NCBI RefSeq assembly: GCF_001194135.2
Contig: NC_068981.1
Location: 181,631,329 to 181,677,427, forward strand
Source: Octopus bimaculoides
Lineage: Eukaryota
Direction of reading: 5' to 3'
Length of the DNA stretch: 46,099 nt
The notes below the pieces were generated by a model. That model ran no database searches. It was not told the origin of the DNA and saw only the letters and a list, made by a program, of their open reading frames with translations. A program made the position numbers and the translations under genes. Positions 12,047 through 23,855 of this stretch are shown piece after piece (within the stretch, counting starts at the first letter, position 1; every line of letters starts with the position of its first letter).

Positions 12047-12878
12047 ATATCTCAGTTGAAAATGGTGGTAATGCATTCAAGACTTAGAAAGGAGCTGACC
12101 TATAGCTGTATTACATGAGCCCACTAGTGTGTGCACATGTCCTGATAGGTGAACCAATCTCCCTGCCTAAAAGTTTAAATAGGTCCTATGCCTCAAAGAT
12201 AAGCTAGGAAAGAAGGAAACTTGCAGGGTATGTAAATAAACCAGTAAAGGAGCAGCTGAAGGGCCTCGCTTGCCCTGGGTCCATTGGGATGTTTGTCAGT
12301 GATCATTTTCAGGAGGCACTTCCATGACATTCATAGCTGGGTCTCTGACACTACTGCAAGTCAAAGTAGACCTGGGATTAATGGTAGCTAAGAGGTGACT
12401 CCACACTCCTCAAAAACCTGGAACTTTCTAAATCAGGGTCCCACTACTGGATGCAGTTTAGTCATACACAAGACTAAGCAGACTAGAATATTTTATTAAA
12501 ACTTCACAAAAATTGTTTTGAAGAAAAAAAATTCAAGACAAAAAAATGAAGACATTCAAATAGTTTAAATAATAAATGTTTTCTTCTAATTTCTTAATTA
12601 TATTGGTTTCAAATTTTGGCACAAGACCAGCAATTTTGAAGGAGGGGGCAAGTCAATTACACTGATCCCAGCTCTCAACTGGTACTTGTTTCCTTGACCC
12701 CAAAGGGATGAAAGGCAAAGTCAACCTTGGTGTGGAATATGAACTCAGAACAAAGATGGGATGAAATGTTGCTAAGCATTTCACCTGGCGTGCTAATGAT
12801 TCTGACAGCTCACTGCCTTATTTATCAAATATTAACATGTCTCATATAATCAAAGGAAAATAATTCCAAGAATTTTAC

Positions 12879-12935
12879 CTCTGAGAGCAAAGTCAAAAGA
12901 TAAACTGGTTGATGAATTCTTTCAAGTTGATTACT
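12879..12935 (-). CDS. COMMD3: COMMD3 exon 6
   Basis: cattacag / GTAAAA; 57 nt; SNQLERIHQPVYLLTLLSE vs recalled human TNQLHRMYRPAYLVTLSVQ. Confidence 0.93.
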
Positions 12936-13244
12936 CTGTAATGAGAAAAGGAAAAAAAAATTAATTGGCTGTATACCTATATGGCCACAACTCATTTGAC
13001 TATCGAGTAAACAAACAATTGACAATCGACTCTTTAGTAAGAAAGACTAACCTCTCCTTAACACATACTTTCTGTGTAACATCTTACTCATGTATGCTTT
13101 TCCCTTTTCACTCTCAAAATGAGGCATCTACCACCAGTGATTCATTATAAATTTTACACAACTGCCATATGCACTGCAGATGGTAAATTTTCATATTTTG
13201 AGAAAATATTGTATTCTGTATTTTTGACATGGTTTCAAGGATAT

Positions 13245-13470
13245 TTAACCCTTTCGTTACAGTATTTATTTTAAGATGCTCTGTGTTTCTTAAAATTATT
13301 TTAAATATAACAAAGAATTTAGTAAAATAACTTAGTTATCATTAAGCTGGTGCTCCGAACATAAATTGTGACTAAGGCTTGGAAGATTTCAATTCAAAAC
13401 TTATGAAAACAAGACATTTGTACGACAGAGCCAGAGTCAGTTTCAGTCAGGTTGGTATCGAAAGGGTTAA
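13245..13470. mobile_element. piggyBac-like MITE
   Basis: TTAA|ccctttcgttac ... gtatcgaaaggg|TTAA; 218 bp between TTAA duplications. Confidence 0.85.
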
Positions 13471-14087
13471 ATAGTACAAGTGCTGAATATTAAAGTTTAA
13501 TTATGAAATATTGTAAAAATGCCAAAAAAATTACATTTCCTTGTAATCAAACAGTATGCAGTTTGACCATGTGGAACATGTGGCATCCTCGGTAAGTTCC
13601 AGTAATAGGCCAGGGGCAGTTAATGTGTTAAATATATTTCTCCTTGATGACATTCTGATTCATCTTTATTCTGTTCCAGAATTCTAATATCTTAACTTTC
13701 TTCATCATTCTATATTCATTACAAATCTCTCTGGCAACAGTTAACATCCTACTGAACTACCAATTCCATGCTAATTTCACTCGTTCATTTCTTAACACCC
13801 ATCTCCTACAACTATTCTCTCAACTTGCCACTAGCCGCTTTGCAGTGTTCTCTTACCATTCACAGAAATCACATGCTACTGATAGAGAAAATTACCACTT
13901 GAGAATACCTAAGCTGTCTGCATGAATTCTCTAGCTTTATCTATTCATATTAACAGTTGCTAGAAACGCGTGAAAACATGTTATCTTAAAGCATTCATAT
14001 TCAATGAAAATGAAGAAAGAAGTTTAACTTAATGGATTTGAACCTTAAGCCTTTTATTACCATATTTCTGCTGAAATATCCCTGATT

Positions 14088-14413
14088 TTACAGTTCTATA
14101 TTTAAGAGTTGAGGAATTATGTACTTTACATTATCTACATTCGACGGATATTTGTTCTTTATGCCATATGCCCACGGGCATATGGTATAGGGGTTAAGAG
14201 CAAGGGCTACTAACCCCAAGATTCCGAGTTCGATTCCAAGCAGTGACTTGAACAGTAATAATAATAATACCATTGGGGAAAAAAAAAAACCTTAGGAATG
14301 AGAACCCAGGTTTGAAATTTCCCCAAGACACCTGAAGAAGGCTGGAGGGTATATCAGCCAAAACGTTGTATTAACAAGATGAGGGTAAATATCCGTCGAA
14401 TGTAAATAATGTA
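14088..14413 (+). mobile_element. Penelope-like/tRNA-like composite foldback cassette
   Basis: 27-bp inverted repeat (14127-14153 / 14387-14413), tRNA-like segment, ctgaaga...cagccaaaacgtt motif. Confidence 0.6.
14326..14372 (+). ncRNA. Degenerate minimal hammerhead ribozyme-like motif
   Basis: CUGAAGA, stem II GGCUG/CAGCC, AAAAC (G12 changed to A), GUU. Confidence 0.45.
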
Positions 14414-14907
14414 TACCTGATTTTGTTTCAATTAATTTTGAAAATAATGAATTAAATAAAATAATTTTATCATAATCTAATATTTTCACATATATCGACA
14501 TGAATTTTAATGCAAGGTTTTAATTTAGATCACTTTAAAGAGGAAGTTACTATCATAGAATCAGAGGGCATCTCAAGCAGGTTCACATCAAAGGGGTTAA
14601 AACTCACAAGTTTCTTATTTAGTAAGATTGAAGTGCTGGACTACAGCGCTCAGGAATTCACATGTTACTATGTAATGCAAATTAGTGTACTGAGAGAACC
14701 TGAGTAAGTAACATGCCTCTGCTCATTCTAGTTTGCTAGAAAGGTATAGAAAAATGGTTCTACTCCTACTTGAATATAAAATAAAACAGTAGGAAAGGAA
14801 TCCAGTGGTAAAAAATAATTACTGAAAAAAAAATACAAGAAGTATCAAAAACACCCGCGGAGAAATGACAGTTAAAAAAAAAGATGATAGTAGTACGAAT
14901 TACAAAC

Positions 14908-14968
14908 CTTAATATAGTAATCTAGTCGCCATTTGACATCAACAATGTGGGGAAGACTTTCAGTGGTG
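14908..14968 (-). CDS. COMMD3: COMMD3 exon 5 (start of COMM domain)
   Basis: ttattccag / GTTTGT; 61 nt; TTESLPHIVDVKWRLDYYIK carries the COMM-domain DVxWRL motif. Confidence 0.95.
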
Positions 14969-15597
14969 CTGGAATAAAAACAACAGCTCAGAATAAATGT
15001 TATGGAGACAGGATGACCAAGAACATGGGTCAGCAACAGGTGGGCCCCTGAGGTGTTTACTGTGGGCTTCAGATCTTCTCTAAGAATTTTCCAAATTTAA
15101 CTTGGTCATCGAGCAGTTAATGGCTTTTAAGATAGTCTTTTGATCTGCTTAAATTTTTGTTTATGTAAGCATTACTGGTGATGGAAATGGGATAAAGATA
15201 GATAGTCGGGGAGATTTTCATATGTAGGATCATCATTACTTGTTGGTAACCATTGCAGGAGACTCAGACAAATAAATACCAGTGCTTACATACATACACA
15301 TGACAAACTTTCAGTTTCTAGCCAAGTCCACTCATAAGGCTTTGATTGGCCTGAGGCTGTTATAGAAGAATTTTGTCCAAGATGTTTTGCAGTGGGACTG
15401 AATCCAAAACTACACGGGCAGGAAGTGAACTTCTTAACCAAGTAGCCATGCTGCATCTAAGACGTGATATATGTGGGCTACGGGCAAATGTAAAATGTTA
15501 AAAAGTGGGCCATTTCAAAGAAAAGTTGTTGATCCCTGCACTAGAATATTATTGAGCGAAAAAGTTTGAAAGAATAAAACTGCAATATTTTACTTAC

Positions 15598-15632
15598 TTG
15601 GCTAACAAGGCCTGAAGGAATGGCTTATTTTC
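15598..15632 (-). CDS. COMMD3: COMMD3 exon 4
   Basis: attttcag / GTAAGT; 35 nt; ENKPFLQALLA; phases fit both neighbours. Confidence 0.9.
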
Positions 15633-15914
15633 CTGAAAATAATAAAATAATAATGAACTCGTATACAATTCATCAGGAAAAAGTAGCCAAAAGTGCATGA
15701 ACAGTAAATAGAATATGCATAGAAAATGAACAATGAAGGAGTTGTTTTAAAAAAAAAAGTGGTGAGGCATCAGGTGTATTGTTGGAGAATTTCAGAAAGC
15801 ATGGAAATTTTGAAGGATGTAATGAACATCAGGGACACAGTTTATGGCAGGCTCAACTTCTTACAGAGGGCCTAAGATGATTTTCTTTAGGCATTTTTTT
15901 TTCTTTTGTAAAAA

Positions 15915-16245
15915 AGTGTGTCATATCTCTCTTACTTGTTTCAGTCATTTGATTGCGGCCATGCTGGAGCACCACCTTTAGTTGAGCAAACTGAACCCAG
16001 GACTTATTCTTTGTAAGCCTAATACTTATTCTATCGGACTCTTTTGCCAAACCACTAAGTTACGGGGATGCAAACACACCAGCATCGGTAGTCAAGCGAT
16101 GTTGGGGGGACAAACACAGACACACACACATATATATATATACATATACATATATATGACGGGCTTCTTTCAGTTTCCGTCTACCAAATCCACTCACAAG
16201 GCTTTGGTCGGCCCGAGACTATAGTAGAAGACACTTGCCCAAAGT
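15915..16245 (-). mobile_element. SINE-A (head truncated)
   Basis: Family motifs. A lone 5' half also lies at about 15295-15455. Confidence 0.85.
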
Positions 16246-16404
16246 GCGATTAAATATGAATTCATTTTTTAAAGAACAGTTTCGACTTGGTCAGTGTGAC
16301 ATTGGACAATTAGACCTGCATTATATAGGTATGCGACTAAAACAGACTCGATATTGTTTACACATTCAGTGCTCCAGATATACTGGACCATCTGGCTCTC
16401 TATT

Positions 16405-16670
16405 AGTTATGATGTTGAGAGTTCCAGCTGATTTAATTAATGGAACAGCCTGCTCGTTAAGTTAACATTCAAGTGGCTGAGTACTCCACAGACACATGTA
16501 CACTTAATGTAGTTCACAGGGAGATTCAGCATGATACAAAATCTGACAAGGCTGGACCTTTTGAATTACAGGTACAACTCATTTTTGCCAGCTGAATGAA
16601 CTGGAGCAACGTGAAATAAAGTGTCTTGCTCAAGGAGACAATGCACTGCCAGGAATTGAACTCAACATGA
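16405..16670 (-). mobile_element. SINE with CORE-like body and C-type tail
   Basis: ccttgagcaagacactttatttcac body joined to gtacctgtaattcaaa...gtggagtactcagccacttg tail. Confidence 0.65.
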
Positions 16671-16951
16671 GCCCAATACCGCATCTGTGCCATCATCTAG
16701 TTGAAAACCAATGTGTTCACTTTTTAAGGCAGCAGACTGTGATTAGAGGCAGATTTGGCAGCTATTTCTAGCAGGTTGAGTGACCACAAATATTTTGATG
16801 GTGGTTGTATATAGGAAAGTTGGTCTGTTAGCTGAAGGAGTGAATGACTGTACCCTGTCACTGGCAAAGATAATTATGTGTTCCAGCCCAAGTAATAAAC
16901 ACACTACAGGAAGGTAGTTTACTAATATAAACACAGAGTAGTCCCTATAAC

Positions 16952-17347
16952 CTGCTGGTTACCAACTGGGGTCTGTATGAATCCTGGGTGTCCATTTAAG
17001 ACTTTTGGGGGCCCACAAAAGCAAAGTAGTAGACCAGGGGGTCCAAGGTAGGATTTTAAGGGTTCATGAAAAAGTTTCACTTTTAGATGCATTTATAGCC
17101 AGAAACAACGAGGTTTCTTTCTCTATTGCTTAACATAGTTCAATATGTTCCCGGCCATTGAAACATGCTCTCTCCAGTGAGTGCTTATTGCAAACCTATA
17201 GAAGTGAATGTGTAAAAAGACAAAATAGGAATTTTGAAAAACATCTAAAAAAGACTAGTTTTTAGACATGGAATGGCTATGGGGGTCCACCAGCATAAAA
17301 TGGTAATTAAAGGGGTCCAGAGGTTTAAAAATGGTTGAGAACCACTG
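16952..17347. mobile_element. hAT-like MITE
   Basis: Right end ggttgagaaccactg, degenerate left end ctgctggttaccaact; near-TSD ctataac / ctataatc; internal ggggtcc repeats. Confidence 0.65.
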
Positions 17348-17824
17348 CTATAATCCATTGACAGACGGATCCCACTCCTTAGCTTCAGCGTTATTTTAAT
17401 TTAAATTTCAGAGTTACCTCCCCTGTTTTTCTTACCCTCCATATTGATCATTAAACATCGCGATTCTTTCATCACATAATTCTGGTCGACGAAACTTGTC
17501 TTGGAATGACATCATCAGTCTTCAAAGTTTGAACATTGATGATGTAATCCCCTCAACATGTGGATGCTGGTAGCTCCCTTCATATTTCGCATTCGAATTT
17601 CTATAACTTTGAATTTTTATCACTTTTCATTTAGAACTCGACAAAGACAGGCTTGCTGTCAAAACTTTGTTCAACCGAAAAAATAAATATCTATTGAAAT
17701 TGCATCGTGCTATTCGTATTCTCTAATAATAATAATAATAATAATGATAATAATAATTATAATAATAATAATAAAATTGACATTTCAGAAGTTGGAAAAT
17801 AATGAAATTAAATAATACACTCAC

Positions 17825-17888
17825 TTGAAATACTTCAAGAAATGTTTTTATTCTGTCTTTAGAAAAATTACATTCTTCCAACAAGGAC
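17825..17888 (-). CDS. COMMD3: COMMD3 exon 3
   Basis: tttccag / GTGAGT; 64 nt; SLLEECNFSKDRIKTFLEVFQ vs recalled human TYLEDCKFDRERIELFCTEYQ. Confidence 0.93.
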
Positions 17889-18204
17889 CTGGAAACACAC
17901 AAACAATGAAAAAATATTGTAATTAGAAATGAAAGCCATATCTGTATTTCTGGAACTAGTTATCGTAGGAGTAATTAAGGTTTTCAACATTATTAACCTT
18001 ATCTCATCACTTCTTTACATTGTTTCAATATAAGGTAGATCTTAAAAAAAAGAAAAGAAAGAAAAAGGCATTTAAGATGTCATCATTTTATATGATGAAG
18101 GGCAGATAAGACCCCACAGAGGCCCTAAGCACTTAACAGATTTTGATGCCCCCATATATATGAATGGCAAAATATAAACGATAATAAACCATAATATCAT
18201 CATC

Positions 18205-18490
18205 ATCATCGTTTAACGTCCGCTTTCCATGCTAGCATGGGTTGGATGATTTGACTGAGGACTGGCTAACCAGATGGCTGCACCACACTCCAATCTGATC
18301 TGGCAGAGTTTCTACAGCTGGATGCCCTTCCTAACACCAACCACTCCGAGAGTGTAGTGGGTGCTTTTACATGCCACCGGCACAAGGGCCAGTCAGGCGG
18401 TACTGGCAACGGCCACACTCAAATGAGATTTTTTATGTGCCACCTGCACAGGAGCCAGTCCAGTGGCACTGGCAATGACCTCACTTGAAT
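18205..18490 (-). mobile_element. RTE 3'-tail copy
   Basis: (cat)n gtttaacgtccgctttccatgctagc...ctggatgcccttcctaac. Confidence 0.85.
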
Positions 18491-18904
18491 ATAGGTTTAT
18501 ATTTTTTCAAAATGTAACAAAACTAATGGTAAAATGGAAAATAATGTTTTATTTTGACACCATGAACACTTTGAAATTATATTTCCGATCATAAAATTAC
18601 TTCAAATATTACTTTAGCAAGATTAAAGTGATTTCTTTTGTGCAGTAAACCATTTACTACTGCTGAGGTGCCCCCACTTCCTTTGATGCCATAAAGCACG
18701 TGCTTATTTTGTTTAATGGCTAATCTAGTACTGTATATGTTCCACGTTGTTATGGGCTGGATGAGTTGACAGGATTTGATGGGCTTAAAGGACTACATCA
18801 TGTTCTGTTGCAGTGTCAGCTTTGGCATGGTTTCTACAACTGGACTGTTGGCACTCCTAAAACCAACAAATTTACACCATGTTGTTGTTTGTTCCTTTTC
18901 AAGC

Positions 18905-19182
18905 CATGCCTAGCTCATAAGGGCTGGTTACCCGGTTTCATTGGTGTATAGGTTCCCCACCTGAATGGGATGCCGGTCCATCGCAGGTGAGCTGCTAGAG
19001 GCAGAAGGAAAGAGTGAGAGAAAGTTGTGTTGAGTCAGCAAAAGTTTGCCATTACCTTCTGATGGAGCTGCATGGAGCTTAGGTGTTTCACTCATAAACA
19101 CATGCATCACCCGGTCTGAGATTCGAACCCGTGATTCTTTGACTGTGAGTCTGCTGTTCTAACCACTCGGCCATGTGCCTCC
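18905..19182 (-). mobile_element. SINE with C-type head and V-domain-like 3' part
   Basis: Shares the head and acaactttctctcactctt with family C, then cctgcgatggaccggcatccc. Confidence 0.65.
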
Positions 19183-20409
19183 ACTTGCAGCATGTACTTA
19201 GTGGTTTGTTTTTTTGATACCACAATGTAGCCTGTAAGACTATGAACATTGAGGGAGCATGTTTATGCTAGGGAATAAGAGATAAAAGGATGAGTGAAGG
19301 GGCCGGAGCAGAACAGGGTTCTTGCTGTAGAGGAGCTACATGACTTCTCACATGTTAGAATTTTTGAGGGTGGAAATGATTGGCTGGAGCTGGAATATGA
19401 CAGAAATAGTGATGATGAGGTATTGGGGTGGACTGTCAAAGTATGAAACGGGTGGAAATAGGAATACATTATTTAATGTGATCTTTCTTTTTGAAGGTGA
19501 CAGGATGTGATCTTGTTTGGTTGTTTCACTGTGTATTGTGAGCAAGTAGAGTGACCTCATAGACATTCCTTTGTTGCTTTGTTCAATACTTTGAGGTTTA
19601 GACTCCCTCCAAGACGAGTGGAAGGGAGAGAGGAATATATCCTCAAACCAGGGAGCTGGTTTGAATGCTTGCAAAAGAATAGAATCTGCTAATGTCACCC
19701 AAAGTACCAGATGGTACCTCTTAAGTAGAACACAGCAGGATTTGAATTTTGAACACAAAGAACCAGAACAAATATAACAAGGTACCCAGTTTGACATTCT
19801 TATAGTTACAAGTTGTGACAGCTGGTGAGAGAGAGGGGGGGGGCTGTGCCAGCATCCAGTTGGTACTCATTTTCAACTGAGCTGACTAGAGCAATATGGA
19901 ATGAAGTACCTTGCTCAAAGGTGAAATGCACCACCTGGTCAAGGAATTGAACCCATGACCTTCTGATTATGAGCCCAACACCCTAACAAAGAAGTCACAC
20001 ACCATGGATGGACTAATATGTAAATGAACAAAAGCAGTGCTTGTGGTTCAATGCATAGTTCATAAGCAGTTTTGGGCTGACAGTAGATGGCATGAATAAA
20101 CACTTAGTAAGCTGGTATCTTTTATCATCTCCCTGGATTGATGCCAAGTCTCTCAAGCCAAGTTGGATAGGTGAAAACTGTTTATCTTCCACACCTGGTC
20201 CTTGGCTGCTTTTGAAGGAATCCATCCTGTTCCAGCAGCCAGACTAAATCCCTGATCTGAAGATAGCCAACTGCAATAACACCAGTTATGGATTCTTCCC
20301 CTCTCCCCTGAATTCAGAGGTCCTGCAACCATCACAGGCACTGTCCTTCAGCCATAAAAAAAAAAAATGAGCAGCAAATAAAGTTAAAATAATTATAAAT
20401 GTATATTAC

Positions 20410-20518
20410 GTTAATGAATTTACATCAGCATCATTCTTGGTTGCTTCAGCAATTAATAAAGACATACAGCCATAGACCTCTTTGCACACATCTTCATCAA
20501 GTTTTTTCAGCCTACCAC
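20410..20518 (-). CDS. COMMD3: COMMD3 exon 2
   Basis: ttttacag / GTAAT; 109 nt; GRLKKLDEDVCKEVYGCMSLLIAEATKNDADVNSL, aligned to recalled human LKHIDPVVLKHCHAAAATYILEAGKHRADKSTL. Confidence 0.9.
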
Positions 20519-20536
20519 CTGTAAAAGTAAAAAGAC

Positions 20537-20567
<31 letters not shown>

Positions 20568-20587
20568 TAGATAGATAGTAGATAGCT

Positions 20588-20747
20588 AGGCGCAGGCATG
20601 GCTGTGGTAAGAAGCTTGCTTCCCAACCACATGGTTCTGGGTTCAATCCCACAGCATAGCAGCATCGGCCAGTGTATTCTACTATAGCCTCGGGCTGACC
20701 AAAGCCTTGTGAGTGGAATTGGTAGACGGAAACTGAAAGAAGCCCAT

Positions 20748-20788
<41 letters not shown>

Positions 20789-20980
20789 GTGTGTCCCCAC
20801 CATCACTTGACACCTGATGTCAGTGTGTTTATGTCTCTGAAACTTAGCAGTTTGGCAAAGGGGACAGATAGAATAAGTACTAGGCTGACAAAGAATAAGT
20901 CCTGGGGTTGATTTGTTCAACTAAAAGGTGATGCTCCAGCATGCCCACAGTCAAATGACAGAAACAAGTAAATGAATAAA
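20588..20980 (+). mobile_element. SINE-A
   Basis: Complete, with internal (TA)n. Confidence 0.85.
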
Positions 20981-21104
20981 AGAATCTCACTAGGTTTTCC
21001 ATGCACACACACACAACTACATACACACATACATGCAAACACATACACAAAAAAAATTCAAATTCCAAGGTTTGAATGTGTTTGTGCGGCATTTGGGAGA
21101 CACT

Positions 21105-21408
21105 TTCATTCTCGTTTCAGTCATCTGACTGCAGCCATACTGGAGCACCACCTTTAGTCGAGCAAATCGATCCCAGGACTTATTCTTTGTAAGCCCAGTA
21201 CTTATTCTATCGGTCTCTTTTTGTCAAACCACTAAGTGACAGGGATGTAAACACACCAACATCGGTTGTGAAGCAATGGTGGCCGGGGAGGGAGACACAT
21301 ACATACACACACACAAGACACTTTCCCAAGGTGTCTTGTAGTAGGACTGAACCCAGAACCATGTGGTTGGGAAGTAAGCTTCCTACCACACAGCCACTCC
21401 CGCACCTA
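21105..21408 (-). mobile_element. SINE-A, internally deleted
   Basis: Tail and head present, segment next to the microsatellite missing. Confidence 0.8.
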
Positions 21409-21462
21409 TGGGAGTACCTGATATTTTGAGAAAAACTTGTCTTGGTTATGAAAATATAGGTT

Positions 21463-21648
21463 NNNNNNNNNNNNNNNNNNNNNNNNNNNNNNNNNNNNNN
21501 NNNNNNNNNNNNNNNNNNNNNNNNNNNNNNNNNNNNNNNNNNNNNNNNNNNNNNNNNNNNNNNNNNNNNNNNNNNNNNNNNNNNNNNNNNNNNNNNNNNN
21601 NNNNNNNNNNNNNNNNNNNNNNNNNNNNNNNNNNNNNNNNNNNNNNNN
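21463..21648. other. Assembly gap (others: 35386-35395, 36669-36867, 41656-41950, 45366-45522)
   Basis: N runs, all adjacent to microsatellites, A-runs or SINEs. Confidence 0.99.
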
Positions 21649-21770
21649 ATATATATATATATATATATATAAGTTCAAAAAAACACAAAAAACAATAACA
21701 AAAAAAACAAAGTGAGGACATGATACGGATAGTGTTATTGGACGCTCGGGAAAGGAAAGATAGAGAGTAT

Positions 21771-21797
21771 GACGTTTCGGGTGGAGCCCTTCGTCGG
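21771..21797 (-). ncRNA. Hammerhead-like core in a Penelope-like fragment
   Basis: CCGACGA A GGG-CTCCA-CCC GAAAC GTC; U4 is C, stem I not evident. Confidence 0.4.
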
Positions 21798-22169
21798 AAA
21801 GACGGAAAGTTCGGAGAATGGAAAAACGGAGGAAGAGGAAAATGGCACCGATGCCCACGAGGTTACATTGTGAAAGGACCGGAAGAGGAGGTGGTGGGGG
21901 AAAAGTTCTTTCTAAGACAGGAGAGTGAAAAAGGGAGGTGAATATATGTGCGTGCGCGAGAGTCTGTGAGTGTGTGTGTAATAACAGAACGTGTGTGTGC
22001 ATATGTATGTGTGTGTGTGTGTGTGTGCATGGTTTGGTGGTTTATCTGTTAGTGTGTCTGTGTGTTTGTGTGTGTGTGTGTGTGACGTAGTGGAAGGAAT
22101 TAGTAGCAGGAATAGTTAGTGGGTGCTTATGGACAATGGTTAGTGGAAGGTCAATGTGTGTGTGTGTGT

Positions 22170-22378
22170 ATATGTTTGTGAGTCTGTGTTTGTCTCCCCA
22201 ACATTGCTTGACAACCGACGGTGGTGTGTTTACGTCCCCGTAACTTAGCGGTTCGGCAACAGAGACCGATAGAATAAGTACTAGGATTACAAAGAATAGA
22301 TCCTTGGGTAGATTTGCTCGACTAAAGGCGGTGCTCCAGTATGGCCACAGTCAAATGACTGAAAAGAGTAAAAGAGTA
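22170..22378 (+). mobile_element. SINE-A 3' half
   Basis: Follows a (GT)n tract. Confidence 0.8.
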
Positions 22379-22774
22379 GGTCAATTCATTCGACTAAAAA
22401 CTTTTTCAAGGTGGTGCCCCAGTATAGCTACAGTCTAATGACAGAAACAAGTAAAAGATATCTTTTACTGAGGCTTTGGGTCAAGATATTTGACCAAGGA
22501 CCTGTATGGTGGCATCAGACCCAGAACCAGATGGTAGTGAAGTGAAATTAAGCATACAGCTATGCGTGTGCTGTGTGTTAATCAGGGTAGGAGGTCTGTA
22601 ATTAGAGTAACAAAAAGTAGGGGTGAGAGTGAGGGTAGCAACAAGTTACATGGAGATTAAAATGCAAGTGCAGACAGAGTTGTACTCAAAGGTTGCTACG
22701 AATTAAGGACAGTATGATAAGCATATAAACACATGAACTCACTTATAAATATAAACATACACACAAAAAATATA

Positions 22775-23031
22775 TTAATCCTTTTGACACTAAGCTGCTT
22801 GAGACTGCCTCTGGTTCTATGATAAAAGCCAGCTTGATTTAAAGTGATATTTAAATTAAAAACTTTGTTAATAATTTTATTTAAGAACCATTTAGTAAGT
22901 CATGATTCAAACACCAGTGTTGAAATTAAAAAGCATGTTTTTTTTTAAATCCATCCTATTTTATGCTATATTTAAAAGCAGCTGAAATTTATTGACATAT
23001 GTTGTAGGAAATGCAGTCACAAATGGGTTAA
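22775..23031. mobile_element. piggyBac-like MITE (third family, degenerate)
   Basis: TTAA|tccttttgacac ... gtcacaaatggg|TTAA. Confidence 0.6.
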
Positions 23032-23855
23032 GACATGCAGGAAGTAAAGAAAGGGTAGCTGAGGAGGAAGTGCAATATATGAAGGGTGAAAATGTTTGTG
23101 TGTGTGCATATGCACAACTTGGCACATTTACATACACATACACACATGCGTACAGTCTGCCTTGAACTCTATTATGAAGTTTATCATGGTTTCTGGGGCA
23201 TTAAGTGAGCGAGAGCACAAGCGTCAAACCTTGGATAGGATACCAGTTCTTTTGGTATTGAAGTAACAGGAAATACAGTCTGTTGCTCAGGGAGAGAACA
23301 TGTTATCTGGGTTAGGCATTGTAGACCTTACAGTTGTGAGCCCAAAATTTAAACCATAAGGTAACACATGTGTGTGTGTGAGTATTAATGAGTGTGGACA
23401 ATTTAACAGACTCCAACTCATTGTAGGACCACATATTACTCCAATGTCTCAATGTTGATATGATTTCTACAGCTGGATGCTTTTCCTAACATCAACCACA
23501 TTACAGTGTAGACTGGGATGGGAGCATCAGCACATAGCACAAGCACTATAGAAGTTGTCTTGCCCATGGTGGGGCTGAAGAGTCCCCTTAACTGTACATT
23601 GTCTCTGCTTGATTTGCCAACCACTTTATGGAGTGGACTGGGTGTATTTCTTGCGGTATCACCAGTAGCAAGGTAGTCTTGTAACTCATCTGACTAAAGA
23701 GTCCTAATGGTTGAAAGGGAGGAGAGAGAGAGAGAAAGAGAGTAAGAGTTTTACGTGAGGCGTCAAGAGAAGTGAAACTGGCCTTCTGAGCATGTGGCCT
23801 GAGAAAGACCTTTGATCTTTATATATATAAACACATATACATACATACACACATA

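Noticed and set aside
14176-14250. tRNA gene
   Set aside because: B-box present but no proper acceptor stem or T terminator; treated as a SINE-like head. The same applies to the SINE-A/B/C heads.
17640-17680. Third hammerhead-like motif (gacag-gcttg-ctgtc-aaaac)
   Set aside because: Both catalytic boxes are too degenerate to call.
19348-19797. 149-aa minus-strand ORF in COMMD3 intron 2
   Set aside because: No recognisable domain or splice context; probably decayed repeat, though not excluded without BLAST.
21406-22002. 198-aa ORF
   Set aside because: Spans an N gap, microsatellite and repeat fragment.
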